Of a stretch of DNA of 64,000 nucleotides, positions 38,119 to 47,198 are shown one piece after another (positions within the stretch are counted from its first letter, which is position 1; each line of letters starts with the position of its first letter). The stretch covers positions 151,516-215,515 of the forward strand of contig CAZCXF010000001.1 of the NCBI GenBank assembly GCA_964502615.1, in the 5' to 3' direction. The stretch comes from an uncultured Candidatus Saccharibacteria bacterium (lineage in GTDB: Bacteria; Patescibacteriota; Minisyncoccia; Phycocordibacterales; UBA9973). The position numbers were made by a program, and so were the translations under genes. Under the pieces are notes generated by a model, which saw nothing but the letters and a program-made list of their open reading frames with translations, did no database searches and was not told the DNA's origin.

Positions 38119-38399
38119 TCTTTATAATCATGATTCATCCGACGGATATCAACTCCCGCAATAAGGGGCACACTGTAAGTATGATTGTCATTTATAAGTT
38201 GGGATACTGGATCGAGCTTTGATTCGAGTGTAGTCACTAATAACATTGCTTGGGTTACACATTGCATTCCACCCTCCCAGTTATAGCAAGATTTGATGGG
38301 CCAAAAATCCACACAGGCACCTATTTTGGCTTGTATTATAAGTGATCCGAGCTTCTCGGCTTCATCCATATCCTTACATGTTGTATATATAAAAACCAT
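38094..38399 (-). CDS. cutA: CutA1 divalent-cation-tolerance family protein
   Basis: 'KIGACVDFWPIKSCYNWEGGMQ...HTYSVPLIAGVDIRRMNHDYKEWM' matches the CutA fold signature. It overlaps the downstream nucleotidyltransferase gene by 25 nt. Confidence 0.75.
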   Translation of the reverse strand: MVFIYTTCKDMDEAEKLGSLIIQAKIGACVDFWPIKSCYNWEGGMQCVTQAMLLVTTLESKLDPVSQLINDNHTYSVPLIAGVDIRRMNHDYKEWMAQEIQ

Positions 38400-38562
38400 A
38401 AAATATAAGGGTTTTTAGACTACGACCTTTACTCTTTAAGTTTAGCACTAAACCAGCAAAAAGAAAGTCCTGAGAAAGATGAAAAATATACAAATTATAA
38501 GCGGTGTCGGAGCCCCCGTAGAGAGGGTAAAGCGTGAATAATTTGTATAATCTTTTGTTTTA

Positions 38563-40041
38563 TTATATTAATGGTTCACTAGCTTTTTCTTCAACAACTT
38601 TTTTCTCTTCTTTGTCGCCATAAACAGAATTTTTACCACCAGTAATAGCAGCTTTTTCTTGAGCTGAGCGAATAATTGTAGACTCTTCTTCTGCAATTAG
38701 GCGCTGTGCTTCCCCTGCAGGAATAGCATAAGTATTTCGAGACGCTTCAATAACACGATCACGATAAGATGGATGAGTCGCAGGTAGAACGCGAAGAGTT
38801 TCAGCAGAGAATGGATCATATGATTCCCCGTCGATTGTCATCTTCACATAAAATTCCCCTACTCCTAAGTTGATCATATCTTTCACATCAAATATTGGAG
38901 AAAATTCTGGCTTGAGTTTTACAGCATCATCACCTCCCACGCGGAAAGAAATAATAGAACCTACGTTACCGAGCACTGCTGCTTCAACTTTTGCTGGAAT
39001 CTGCCCTACGTACTGGTGAGCCATTGTTAAGTTGATTGCATACTTACGAGCCTCGGAAAGCAAGTTTTCAAATGTATCTGTTACTACGTTTTGGAACTCA
39101 TCCACATATAAATAAAAATCTTTGCGGAGATGTGCTTCCATTTTGGCACGAGCCATTCCAGCTTGTTTAATCTTAGTCAAAAACATCGCTCCAAAGAAAG
39201 ATGAATTCTCTTCTCCGATTTTTCCTTTTGATAGATTAATCAAAAGAATTTTTTGATCATTCATGATTTGCTCTATATCAATTTTATTTTCTTTTTGTCC
39301 GAAAATATTTCGAAGCATTGGATCAGATAGAAATTGACCGAGCTTGTTAACAAGCGGGATGATAGCATCAGTATCAAATTTCTCAGACCAGTCAGCAAAT
39401 TCGATAGCCCAGAATCTTTTAACCATGTCGTCCTCGATATATTCCACCACCTTCTGACGATAGTTACGATCAGTAAGCATAGATATCATTCCTCGCATAG
39501 TAGCGTAAGGATAGTCTAGAAGCGCAAGTGTGGTAAAACGAAAAACGTGCTCAAGACGAGGAGTCCAGTTTGCTCCGAATTGTTTACGGAGAACTTCAAT
39601 CAGACCTTGGGTAAGCTGATGTTTAAATGTTGGGTCAACATTTGCGAGAGGATTGAAAGATGATGGAAAATCTATATCTCCAGGATCAATAATACAGACA
39701 TCGTTTATACGATTCTCAGGGATAAAACCTAAAATATCATCAATAAATTCCCCGTGAGGATCTATGACGCAAACTCCGTGTCCATATGCAATATCTTGGC
39801 GAACCATGAGCTCTTGGAGTTTTGATTTACCTACCCCAGACTTACCGATAATATACAAATGTCTTCTACGATCTACACGCTTTATACCGAAAACGAACTT
39901 CTTTTCTTCAAGAGCTGCAACGTAATTTGTTCTACCAATAAAAGAAACCTCATTAGGATCAACTTGTCCAAGTACAGGTAAATCCGGAGGCGGCGGAGCA
40001 TATTTAATTATTTGAATCTTGTTGGGCTTGTTGAGTGCCAT
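38563..40041 (-). CDS. TraD/VirD4-like (FtsK/HerA superfamily) soluble P-loop ATPase, paralog of 29546..31939 without the Zn-ribbon and tail
   Basis: Shared N-terminal 'FGIKRVDRRRHLYIIGKSGVGKS', 'VCVIDPHGE', 'FYLYVDEFQNVVT' and 'SEARKYAINLTMAHQYVGQI...GNVGSIISFRVG'. Confidence 0.7.
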   Translation of the reverse strand: MALNKPNKIQIIKYAPPPPDLPVLGQVDPNEVSFIGRTNYVAALEEKKFVFGIKRVDRRRHLYIIGKSGVGKSKLQELMVRQDIAYGHGVCVIDPHGEFIDDILGFIPENRINDVCIIDPGDIDFPSSFNPLANVDPTFKHQLTQGLIEVLRKQFGANWTPRLEHVFRFTTLALLDYPYATMRGMISMLTDRNYRQKVVEYIEDDMVKRFWAIEFADWSEKFDTDAIIPLVNKLGQFLSDPMLRNIFGQKENKIDIEQIMNDQKILLINLSKGKIGEENSSFFGAMFLTKIKQAGMARAKMEAHLRKDFYLYVDEFQNVVTDTFENLLSEARKYAINLTMAHQYVGQIPAKVEAAVLGNVGSIISFRVGGDDAVKLKPEFSPIFDVKDMINLGVGEFYVKMTIDGESYDPFSAETLRVLPATHPSYRDRVIEASRNTYAIPAGEAQRLIAEEESTIIRSAQEKAAITGGKNSVYGDKEEKKVVEEKASEPLI

Positions 40042-40089
40042 GTGTTTTAAATTGTATCAAATTACAATAAAATAGTATAATGATTTTAC

Positions 40090-41370
40090 ATGGCAAAAGC
40101 TAAAGAATCTATCTTAAAAGAAGGTGAAGAATACATTGAGAAGCTCGGTCCAGGTCTGATAACGGGTGCGGCAGATGACGACCCTTCTGGAATTGCTACA
40201 TATTCACAAACTGGTGCTCAGTATGGCACTACTCTCCTTTGGCTCGCTGCATGGACTCTGCCACTTATGGCAATAGTTCAAGAAATGTGTGGACGTATTG
40301 CACTTGTTACTGGGCAAGGACTTGCTTCAAATATAAAAAGAGTTTATTCAAAGAAGGTTTTATACTTTTGTACTATTCTTTTATTTATCGCAAATACTTT
40401 AAACATCGGAGCAGACCTTGGAGCTATTGCAAAATCTATCCAACTCATCACGCCTTCTGCTTCTTTTGTTTTTACTATTGTAGTCGTTGGACTCATATGC
40501 TTATTACTACAAATATACATTCCATATAAAAAATACGCTCGAGTACTAAAGTGGCTAGTGATAAGTTTATTTGCATATATTGCTACTGGACTAATAATTC
40601 ATATGGACTGGTCACAGCTTATGTATGATGGACTGATACCGAGCATTGAATTCTCAAAGACTCAGATACTTTTAATAACAGCAATTTTAGGAACAACAAT
40701 CTCACCTTACCTTTTCTTTTGGGAAACATCACAAGAAGTTGAGGAGCAGATTGCTGAAGGTCTCGTTACTGATGAATCTCGTCTAGGTACAACAAAAAAA
40801 GAAATTAAAAAAATGCGCATAGATATTTGGAGTGGAATGATATTTTCAAATCTTGTAATGTTCTTCATTATCGCAGTTTGTGCCAACACATTATTCACTC
40901 ATGGAATTACAAATATAAATACAGCAAGCGATGCTGCTCTTGCTCTTGCACCGTTTGCTGGCAAATGGGCAACTTATTTATTTGCTATTGGTATTATAGG
41001 GACTGGAATGCTAGCAATACCTATACTCGCGGGATCTACCTCTTATGCTATATCTGAGAGTTTTGGCTGGAAGGAAGGTCTATATCGTAAACTATCTGAA
41101 GCAAAAGCTTTCTACGCGATTATAAGTGTTTCTATTGCTATTGGGATACTTATAAACTTCATTGGTATAGACCCTATAAAAGCCTTAATATACTCCGCTA
41201 TTGCAAATGGAATAGTGGCTCCTGTCATTATTATCTTTATTGTTCACATAAGTGGAAGCAAGAAAATCATGGGCCACTTCAAAAACTCAAGACCGATAAA
41301 TATAATAGGCTGGATAATAACAATACTCATGAGTATTACAGCTCTAGCTGCTATCTATTCCCTATTTTAG
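40090..41370 (+). CDS. mntH: NRAMP-family divalent metal (Mn2+/Fe2+) transporter
   Basis: 'GPGLITGAADDDPSGIATYSQTGAQYGTTLLW' NRAMP consensus and about 11 TM helices. Confidence 0.85.
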   Translation: MAKAKESILKEGEEYIEKLGPGLITGAADDDPSGIATYSQTGAQYGTTLLWLAAWTLPLMAIVQEMCGRIALVTGQGLASNIKRVYSKKVLYFCTILLFIANTLNIGADLGAIAKSIQLITPSASFVFTIVVVGLICLLLQIYIPYKKYARVLKWLVISLFAYIATGLIIHMDWSQLMYDGLIPSIEFSKTQILLITAILGTTISPYLFFWETSQEVEEQIAEGLVTDESRLGTTKKEIKKMRIDIWSGMIFSNLVMFFIIAVCANTLFTHGITNINTASDAALALAPFAGKWATYLFAIGIIGTGMLAIPILAGSTSYAISESFGWKEGLYRKLSEAKAFYAIISVSIAIGILINFIGIDPIKALIYSAIANGIVAPVIIIFIVHISGSKKIMGHFKNSRPINIIGWIITILMSITALAAIYSLF

Positions 41371-41411
41371 AGTCTTGCAAAAAGATAAAAATACGGTAAT
41401 ATAGGTGAATT

Positions 41412-41484
41412 GGGCCGTTAGCTCATCTGGTAGAGCACCTCATTTGCAATGAGGGGGTGGCAGGTTCGAGTCCTGTACGGTCCA
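41412..41484 (+). tRNA. tRNA-Ala (anticodon UGC)
   Basis: Acceptor GGGCCGT/ACGGTCC with a G3:U70 pair, anticodon stem CCTCA/TGAGG with loop UUUGCAA, T-arm GGCAG-GTTCGAG-TCCTG. Confidence 0.85.
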
Positions 41485-41491
41485 CTCGTAT

Positions 41492-41522
41492 AAAAAAGAG
41501 TCATCGCAAGATGGCCTTTTTG
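41492..41522 (+). terminator. Rho-independent terminator after tRNA-Ala (GNRA-loop hairpin)
   Basis: AAAAAAGA-GTCATC-GCAA-GATGGC-CTTTTTG. Confidence 0.7.
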
Positions 41523-41789
41523 TTGCGTGGACCGTAAGCAAAGTATCTGCATACTTTGCGTCAGGACGAGAAAGACTTTTCTGTGATTTTTTTTATAAAT
41601 CCAGAAAAGTACCCGCGGCCGTAGGCCGAGAGATTCCTGTATCCTACACAAACTTGACTTTTATAAATTTTTGTGCTACTTTGAAAAAAAAGTATGATTT
41701 TTTGATATGTGTTTTAGGAGTGTTTATGTTTTCCCTGTTTCTTTATGGAGATAGAGATAACATAAACATTAACAACTAAAACTATATTC

Positions 41790-42347
41790 ATGGAAACAAA
41801 ACCTTCAATTGACCTTTTCCTGATAAATAAGTTTCAAAAAATATCTGACTGGTCACAAGACTGGTTTGGTGTTGACTGCTTCGGAATCGCAAGGTTATTC
41901 AGAGACCTGCTAATATTAATATGTATAACTGAAACAATATTGGGCATTATAGCTGGCGTTAGCGCTATCAGTCTATCCTTTAGCTTATTCTTCAATTTTT
42001 TCTTTGTATTTATTGTGTCCAGTTCAATACGTTATATAGAAAAACATTTAAGAGAAAACCCTGCGTTCTCAAACCCAGTTGCGATTCATTTATCTTTTAC
42101 AAGAACAATTTGGGGACTTATAACAATAATGTCACTTACTATGTTTTGTGAAGACATTTTCTCTAGAAGATGGGCACATACAATATATCATTCTAATGAC
42201 ATTGTTATTCTATTTATATTATACTTTGCTTCCTGCACGCCTAAGCCGCATAAACCGAGTAAAGCAAGGAAATTGATTGAGAAAGCAAAAGAATCCATAA
42301 GTAGATTGAGGAGCCCAGTATTGAAACCTGCATATATATCAGGATAA
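41790..42347 (+). CDS. Hypothetical membrane protein
   Basis: Hydrophobic segments. It is followed by two hairpin plus T-run elements at about 42371..42398 and 42427..42460. Confidence 0.5.
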   Translation: METKPSIDLFLINKFQKISDWSQDWFGVDCFGIARLFRDLLILICITETILGIIAGVSAISLSFSLFFNFFFVFIVSSSIRYIEKHLRENPAFSNPVAIHLSFTRTIWGLITIMSLTMFCEDIFSRRWAHTIYHSNDIVILFILYFASCTPKPHKPSKARKLIEKAKESISRLRSPVLKPAYISG

Positions 42348-42426
42348 AATTTGTGAAAGTAATTGTTATAGCACCCGTCCTTATGGCGGGGCTTTTTTAT
42401 TCCATTTGCTTATTTTAATCCACAAA

Positions 42427-42460
42427 ATAAAAAACGGCTCCACTGGGAGCCTTTTTGTTT
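42427..42460. terminator. Bidirectional rho-independent terminator
   Basis: AAAAAAC-GGCTCC-actg-GGAGCC-TTTTTGTTT. It serves the plus-strand gene upstream and the minus-strand gene 42480..42869. Confidence 0.8.
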
Positions 42461-42479
42461 AGCATTTATAATGCCTAAT

Positions 42480-42869
42480 CTAATTACTCATTTCAACGAG
42501 CTTTATCTCAACTGCTTCTTTAAACGAAACCTGGCCGTCCTTGTTTTCCCAAAATGCTTTGGGGTTAATAAACAGTGTATCGTTCCGGGAAGATACCATA
42601 TTTACTCCGTAGAGTGTATCCACGGTCTCAATAGGATTGTTTGCCTCGCCATAACAAAATTTTATTACTTCAGGGAGTTCAAGATCCTCCCCTATATCGT
42701 TTGCTATCTTGTGAACGACAAGGTCCATATCCGCCGGTAGATCCATTTCAACGGAAATGTTAACTTCTTTTTGGGGGCTTTCTTTTTCATCGGTAGTATT
42801 TTCCTGGCCGATAATGCTGAAAGTGAAAAGACAAAGGACTACGATTGTCAAAATTACGAAGGTTCTCAT
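42480..42869 (-). CDS. Small secreted hypothetical protein (signal peptide)
   Basis: N-terminal 'MRTFVILTIVVLCLFTFSIIG' signal peptide. A palindrome abuts its start codon. Confidence 0.5.
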   Translation of the reverse strand: MRTFVILTIVVLCLFTFSIIGQENTTDEKESPQKEVNISVEMDLPADMDLVVHKIANDIGEDLELPEVIKFCYGEANNPIETVDTLYGVNMVSSRNDTLFINPKAFWENKDGQVSFKEAVEIKLVEMSN

Positions 42870-42895
42870 GTTAATGTTTTTCTCAACATTAACAT
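42868..42895. promoter_or_regulatory. Perfect 11-bp inverted repeat ATGTTAATGTT-n6-AACATTAACAT abutting the start codon of 42480..42869
   Basis: Read directly. It would form a 5'-UTR hairpin covering the RBS region, or act as an operator. Confidence 0.45.
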
Positions 42896-42971
42896 CTATA
42901 AAAAAGAAGTCAAACTGAAATTTTGACTATATAAGAAAATGTGTTAATATCACTGAAAACCAAAAAAGATT

Positions 42972-43436
42972 ATGGAAGCAAAAATTATGTCTGGGGTAGG
43001 AGTTTTAATACACACCATCCTAAAAACCGCAATCGGAAAGAAATCGCACCATCCGGACCATGAGTGTGATAAATATTTTCATTACCTTCAAGGGAAGGTG
43101 GAAATGTTTAAATTCCAAAACAGAAACACTTTAGGGGTCCACATCCCCGAAAATGAAGATGCTGAGGGACACATCTTCATAATTCATGAGCATTTAAAGA
43201 ATGTTCTGATTGCAATTGAAAGTGGACATCCTTATGCGCCAGATGTAGTAGTGGCGTTTAAAATCAAGAAGAACGGCACTATAATCCCTATCCTCAGAGG
43301 AGAAGGTGCCCGCGGTATAAACATGCTAAAGTTTGACCACGGACTTAAAGAAATGCTCTTTAAACTTGAGGAAGAAATTCCAAGAGCTGTTGCAGAATAC
43401 AATCTGAGAAAATTAAAGTCCATCAGAAAAAAATAA
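42972..43436 (+). CDS. Hypothetical protein (154 aa)
   Basis: ORF with no recognisable motif. Confidence 0.45.
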   Translation: MEAKIMSGVGVLIHTILKTAIGKKSHHPDHECDKYFHYLQGKVEMFKFQNRNTLGVHIPENEDAEGHIFIIHEHLKNVLIAIESGHPYAPDVVVAFKIKKNGTIIPILRGEGARGINMLKFDHGLKEMLFKLEEEIPRAVAEYNLRKLKSIRKK

Positions 43437-43486
43437 AAAAGTAAAATATACAAGGTGAGCTCGTTTCTACGGGTTCACCAATTTTT

Positions 43487-44011
43487 TTACCCAAAAAGTG
43501 ATTTAATTTTTTCCCATGGTACAGATACGAGAAGCGTGCCGAGAAAAACCATAGCAAGTCCAATTATTGCTTGAACTGTAATCCCCTCTGCCAAGACAAC
43601 GGTTGCAAATATAGCAGTAAGAACAACAGAGAGCTTATCTATTACAGTTACAGTTACCGTGGGACCACCAGCAAGTGCTTGGTAGAAAAATATCCAAGAG
43701 AGTGCCCCACCAAGACCAGAAAGTATTACAAAAAGCCATTGCTTTTGAGAAAGAGAATGGATTGCTGTTATTGAAAGTTTACCAAATGAAAGTGCTGCAA
43801 TACATACAACTACTGCCATAACAATCCCTCTTATAGCAGTGAGCAAATTAGCATCGACACCTTTAAGTCCGAGCTTTGCAAAAATAGTGCCCATACTTGC
43901 CATTACAGCCCCTAGTAACGCGTAAATAATATACATGATTCCATTATACCAAAAGAAACCCCTTTCGGGGTCTCTTTTGCTATAATAACTAATCTTCTTT
44001 TTTTGGAGCAA
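43487..44011 (-). CDS. Single-EamA-domain (DMT superfamily) small membrane transporter-like protein
   Basis: 4 TM helices with 'ALSWIFFYQAL...' typical of EamA. The start is probably an internal Met (near 43936), which removes the overlap with the upstream gene. Confidence 0.55.
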   Translation of the reverse strand: MLQKKKISYYSKRDPERGFFWYNGIMYIIYALLGAVMASMGTIFAKLGLKGVDANLLTAIRGIVMAVVVCIAALSFGKLSITAIHSLSQKQWLFVILSGLGGALSWIFFYQALAGGPTVTVTVIDKLSVVLTAIFATVVLAEGITVQAIIGLAMVFLGTLLVSVPWEKIKSLFG

Positions 44012-47000
44012 GAGGATTTAATTCTATAGGAGTAAGTGTGGGGATTGTAAGTTTAAGATCTGGACACATAATATTATTCACCTCTGTTTGAGTAGTGATA
44101 TAGAATATACCTGTTGGAACCTTGAATCCCCATGGACTTAGAACTGTATCCGCATGCTTTAATTGGAATTTCTTTAGATATTTCTCTGTATTTAAACCAA
44201 ATTTACCATCTTCTTTGATTCCTGCTTCCATAGTATCGTTTAAGAATTTTTGTAGTTTCTTTACTGCTTCTACATCATTCTTATAACCTCGGCGCAAGAA
44301 TTTATCCACGTATATTCCACAAGATGTTGAGGCGCCAAGAACCTGACCTTGCGGTTTTAGAAATCCTCCTCCACCCCTACCTCCACTTCCTGAAGTAGTA
44401 ACTGGATCTGTCTCATCATTATCATTTGGATTCCATGAGTTATCTTCACCAGATTTACATCCTGGATCAAGAGAATCAACTAGACCATCGTTATCATTAC
44501 TTATACCATCAGAGCATTGAGCACCTTGGTATACTTCAGAATCAATATTTCCATCGTATGATCCTGGATTATTTACATTATGATCTGTGTGACAAGCTGG
44601 ATCTTTATCATCTTTTAATCCATCATCATCATTGTCTTGTCCATCTGAACATACTGGTGTGTGTTCATCTATAACAACTTTTGTATTTGTTACAGTACAC
44701 ATTGCAGTGCCATTCTCAGTAATATTTACTGAAGAACAATTGTCATAAGTTGTATTGTATCCTGAAGCTGAAACTTCTGTAACAGTATGAGTACCCACAC
44801 TTACAGTAACATCGTTTTGTCCATCAGATTCAAAGGCTACTGGATCACCTCCATCAATTTTGAAACTAAAGTTTGAAGGGTTTGCTTCCTGATCCCCAAC
44901 TATTACCTTCTTTACTTGTAAAATTCCAGTTTTTGGAGTTTCAGGACAATCATTACTTACAACGTGAAGTTTGTATATAAGACCTGCTGGGTTACTCTCA
45001 AATGTTGAACCTTCAACTGCAAAATTAGTGACGTCAAAAGATATGCTATTTAAGCCTGATGTTATGTAAGAAACTACATCAAAAGTTTTTGCAGGATTAT
45101 AGTTAAACTCTGTAGGATCTGCTATAACACCACTACCATTTCCATTAATTGATCCAACAAAAGAATTGTCTGCAGCGACATCAAGAGATGCTGAGACTGG
45201 ATTACCAACTACAGTAAATGATTTACTAAATGATTTTGTTTGTTGGGTTCCTCCTAGGAAATCATTTAAATTATTCCATATCCATGTAGCACCAGGGATA
45301 CTCGTCCAAGCTCCATGTGGTGAAGCAATTGGTGTTGCAGAAACTCCATCTACAGTATTTGTATCGTCACTTACAACATCGAGAACTTTATCTCCGCATT
45401 GATTCTGTTCACAAGTTTGTGTATCTACATTCCATGTACCACCTCCACCTGTACAAATATTGTTAGCACAAGGACCTTCTGTTTGTATTCCGTTTACTTG
45501 TGGGCAAACATCTATAACTTCATCTACACATTTCTTATTCCAAACAATTATAGTGGAATCGCCATCTATAGTGACCGTTGGTATGGTTAAACTCCTAACA
45601 CCGTTTTGAGCTTCCTGTAATGTTTTACCCGTTGTGTATCCAACAAGTTCGTAAGATGGTTTATTTTGATTTGAACAACTTGATCCAACAAGTGTTGTAG
45701 TTAGATCTTCAGCTGCTGAGTATGATTCACCACCAATCATATTGTATGTAGACGATTCATAATGTATGTCTCCTGCTCCTTCATCACTATTTGGACCTAG
45801 GTAAAATGGATATCCTGGTGCATCAGGTTTATACATCGGGAAAGATACAGAGTTTGCATTTTCATCTGTTGCTTGTACACCATCTATATATTTGTAGATA
45901 TGAACTTTACCATCTGCTTTTGTTGGCTTTAAAGTATTAAACCCAACACAGTAGTAATTAGCATTTGCAACTACTGGGCTTATGTAATCATAGTTGTCGT
46001 AGTTTAAAACATCTGAATTACAGTAGAATTCAGCAGATCTCTTTGCATTTGTTCCATCTAGATCTGTTGTAGCGCCTGAGAATTGATGATAAGTATTAGG
46101 TAATTGTTCACGTAGCCAAACTAAATTGCCTACAGGAACTTGAACCGTACCACTTGAAAATGGTACCCATGATCCTCCACCGACTGTAACATTATCTCCA
46201 GGATTTCCTGTTCCTTCTGGTGCCCATTCAAATATCCAAGGTATAATGTGACAACTTGAATTATGAGCTACATAATCTGTTGCTGTTGTAGCAGTGATAT
46301 CTGCCCCACCTGAACCCCAATTGGGTAGATCAAATTCATTATCACAAACTACTTTTGTAGCATGAACTGTAGCAGTATCTGGAACACACTGATTCTGTTC
46401 ATTTAAGTGCATACCTTCAGGGACAGTTGTTTGTTTACCGGAAATATTCGGACATACATCTATTTGAACATTGAAAGATATACAGTGATATAAATGATTC
46501 TTTTGAATAGAACTAATACTGTCGTAGTTGTCGTAATTTTGTACATCAGTATTACAGTACATTTCTGCAGAATTCTTTGCGTTTGTACTGTTTAGATTTG
46601 AAGTAGCTCCAGAGAATGGTATATATCCATTTTGCATTTGCTCACGAACCCAAACCTTTTTACCTTCAGGAACTTCAGGTAAATCATTTTGGTCGAATGG
46701 ATGCCACGCACTACCAGCAGGACCTACTATATTATTACCAGGATTTGCTGTACCATCTAACGCCCATTCAAACACCCAATGAGATTCATGACAGTCTGGG
46801 TGAGAATTTAAGAAACTTTGAGCAGTCCCAGCTGTTATAGATGGGCCATTGTTACCCCAGTTTGGTAAATCAGATTCATTATCACAGATTATTTTTGTTG
46901 GTGAGATCTGTCCAGTTCCAGGAATGTGAGTCTTACACCAGTTGTCAGCAGTATTGTTTTTGTTATCTGGCTTACCATCTTTTGTAGGACCATCATATAA

Positions 47001-47198
47001 AAAATCACCGTGATCAAGATGGTTTGATAGAGCGCTATTATCAATTTGAATCCCATTCCACGGGTTATTTTGAGAACCAGTAGTATGGCAAATATTTACT
47101 TTTCCTTCATTTTCAGCAAAGGCAAATTGTACTTGTGTATTTAAACTAACAAAAGATAGGACAAAGAAAAACGATAGAAACTTTTTAAAATTTTTCAT
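43989..47198 (-). CDS. Large secreted surface protein (1069 aa) with an internal roughly 150-aa tandem duplication and a C-terminal peptidoglycan-binding (PG_binding_1-like) domain
   Basis: Signal peptide. Duplicated block 'K(V/I)(V/I)CDNE.DLPNWG..G..IT..TA......H..CH...W(V/I)FEWA..GT.NPG.N...'. C-terminal 'VKKLQKFLN...IKEDGKFGLNTEKYLKKFQLKHA'. Confidence 0.7.
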   Translation of the reverse strand: MKNFKKFLSFFFVLSFVSLNTQVQFAFAENEGKVNICHTTGSQNNPWNGIQIDNSALSNHLDHGDFLYDGPTKDGKPDNKNNTADNWCKTHIPGTGQISPTKIICDNESDLPNWGNNGPSITAGTAQSFLNSHPDCHESHWVFEWALDGTANPGNNIVGPAGSAWHPFDQNDLPEVPEGKKVWVREQMQNGYIPFSGATSNLNSTNAKNSAEMYCNTDVQNYDNYDSISSIQKNHLYHCISFNVQIDVCPNISGKQTTVPEGMHLNEQNQCVPDTATVHATKVVCDNEFDLPNWGSGGADITATTATDYVAHNSSCHIIPWIFEWAPEGTGNPGDNVTVGGGSWVPFSSGTVQVPVGNLVWLREQLPNTYHQFSGATTDLDGTNAKRSAEFYCNSDVLNYDNYDYISPVVANANYYCVGFNTLKPTKADGKVHIYKYIDGVQATDENANSVSFPMYKPDAPGYPFYLGPNSDEGAGDIHYESSTYNMIGGESYSAAEDLTTTLVGSSCSNQNKPSYELVGYTTGKTLQEAQNGVRSLTIPTVTIDGDSTIIVWNKKCVDEVIDVCPQVNGIQTEGPCANNICTGGGGTWNVDTQTCEQNQCGDKVLDVVSDDTNTVDGVSATPIASPHGAWTSIPGATWIWNNLNDFLGGTQQTKSFSKSFTVVGNPVSASLDVAADNSFVGSINGNGSGVIADPTEFNYNPAKTFDVVSYITSGLNSISFDVTNFAVEGSTFESNPAGLIYKLHVVSNDCPETPKTGILQVKKVIVGDQEANPSNFSFKIDGGDPVAFESDGQNDVTVSVGTHTVTEVSASGYNTTYDNCSSVNITENGTAMCTVTNTKVVIDEHTPVCSDGQDNDDDGLKDDKDPACHTDHNVNNPGSYDGNIDSEVYQGAQCSDGISNDNDGLVDSLDPGCKSGEDNSWNPNDNDETDPVTTSGSGGRGGGGFLKPQGQVLGASTSCGIYVDKFLRRGYKNDVEAVKKLQKFLNDTMEAGIKEDGKFGLNTEKYLKKFQLKHADTVLSPWGFKVPTGIFYITTQTEVNNIMCPDLKLTIPTLTPIELNPLAPKKED

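Noticed and set aside
38400-38562. GC-rich segment 'GGTGTCGGAGCCCCCGTAGAGAGGG' between ATPase-2 and cutA as a structured RNA or terminator
   Set aside because: No convincing stem-loop with a T-run forms on the transcribed (minus) strand. A TATAAT-like box suggests it is simply an internal promoter region.
29546-40041. Calling the locus a conjugative type IV secretion system or a prophage
   Set aside because: There is no relaxase, VirB4/VirB6/VirB8-like gene, integrase, capsid, terminase or portal. The ATPases lack the N-terminal TM anchor of canonical coupling proteins. The similarity is limited to the ATPase fold and motifs.
41418-41651. 77-aa minus-strand ORF
   Set aside because: It overlaps tRNA-Ala and its terminator. 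The translation has no features.
42371-42398. Second terminator directly after 41790..42347
   Set aside because: The stem is only about 4 bp (CCCG/CGGG) with a 9-nt loop. It is weak compared with the clear hairpin at 42427..42460, so it is mentioned only as possible.
44426-44674. His/Tyr-rich plus-strand ORF (82 aa) and other plus-strand ORFs inside 43989..47198
   Set aside because: They are antisense to a long ORF with a coherent domain structure. Their compositional bias mirrors the sense strand.
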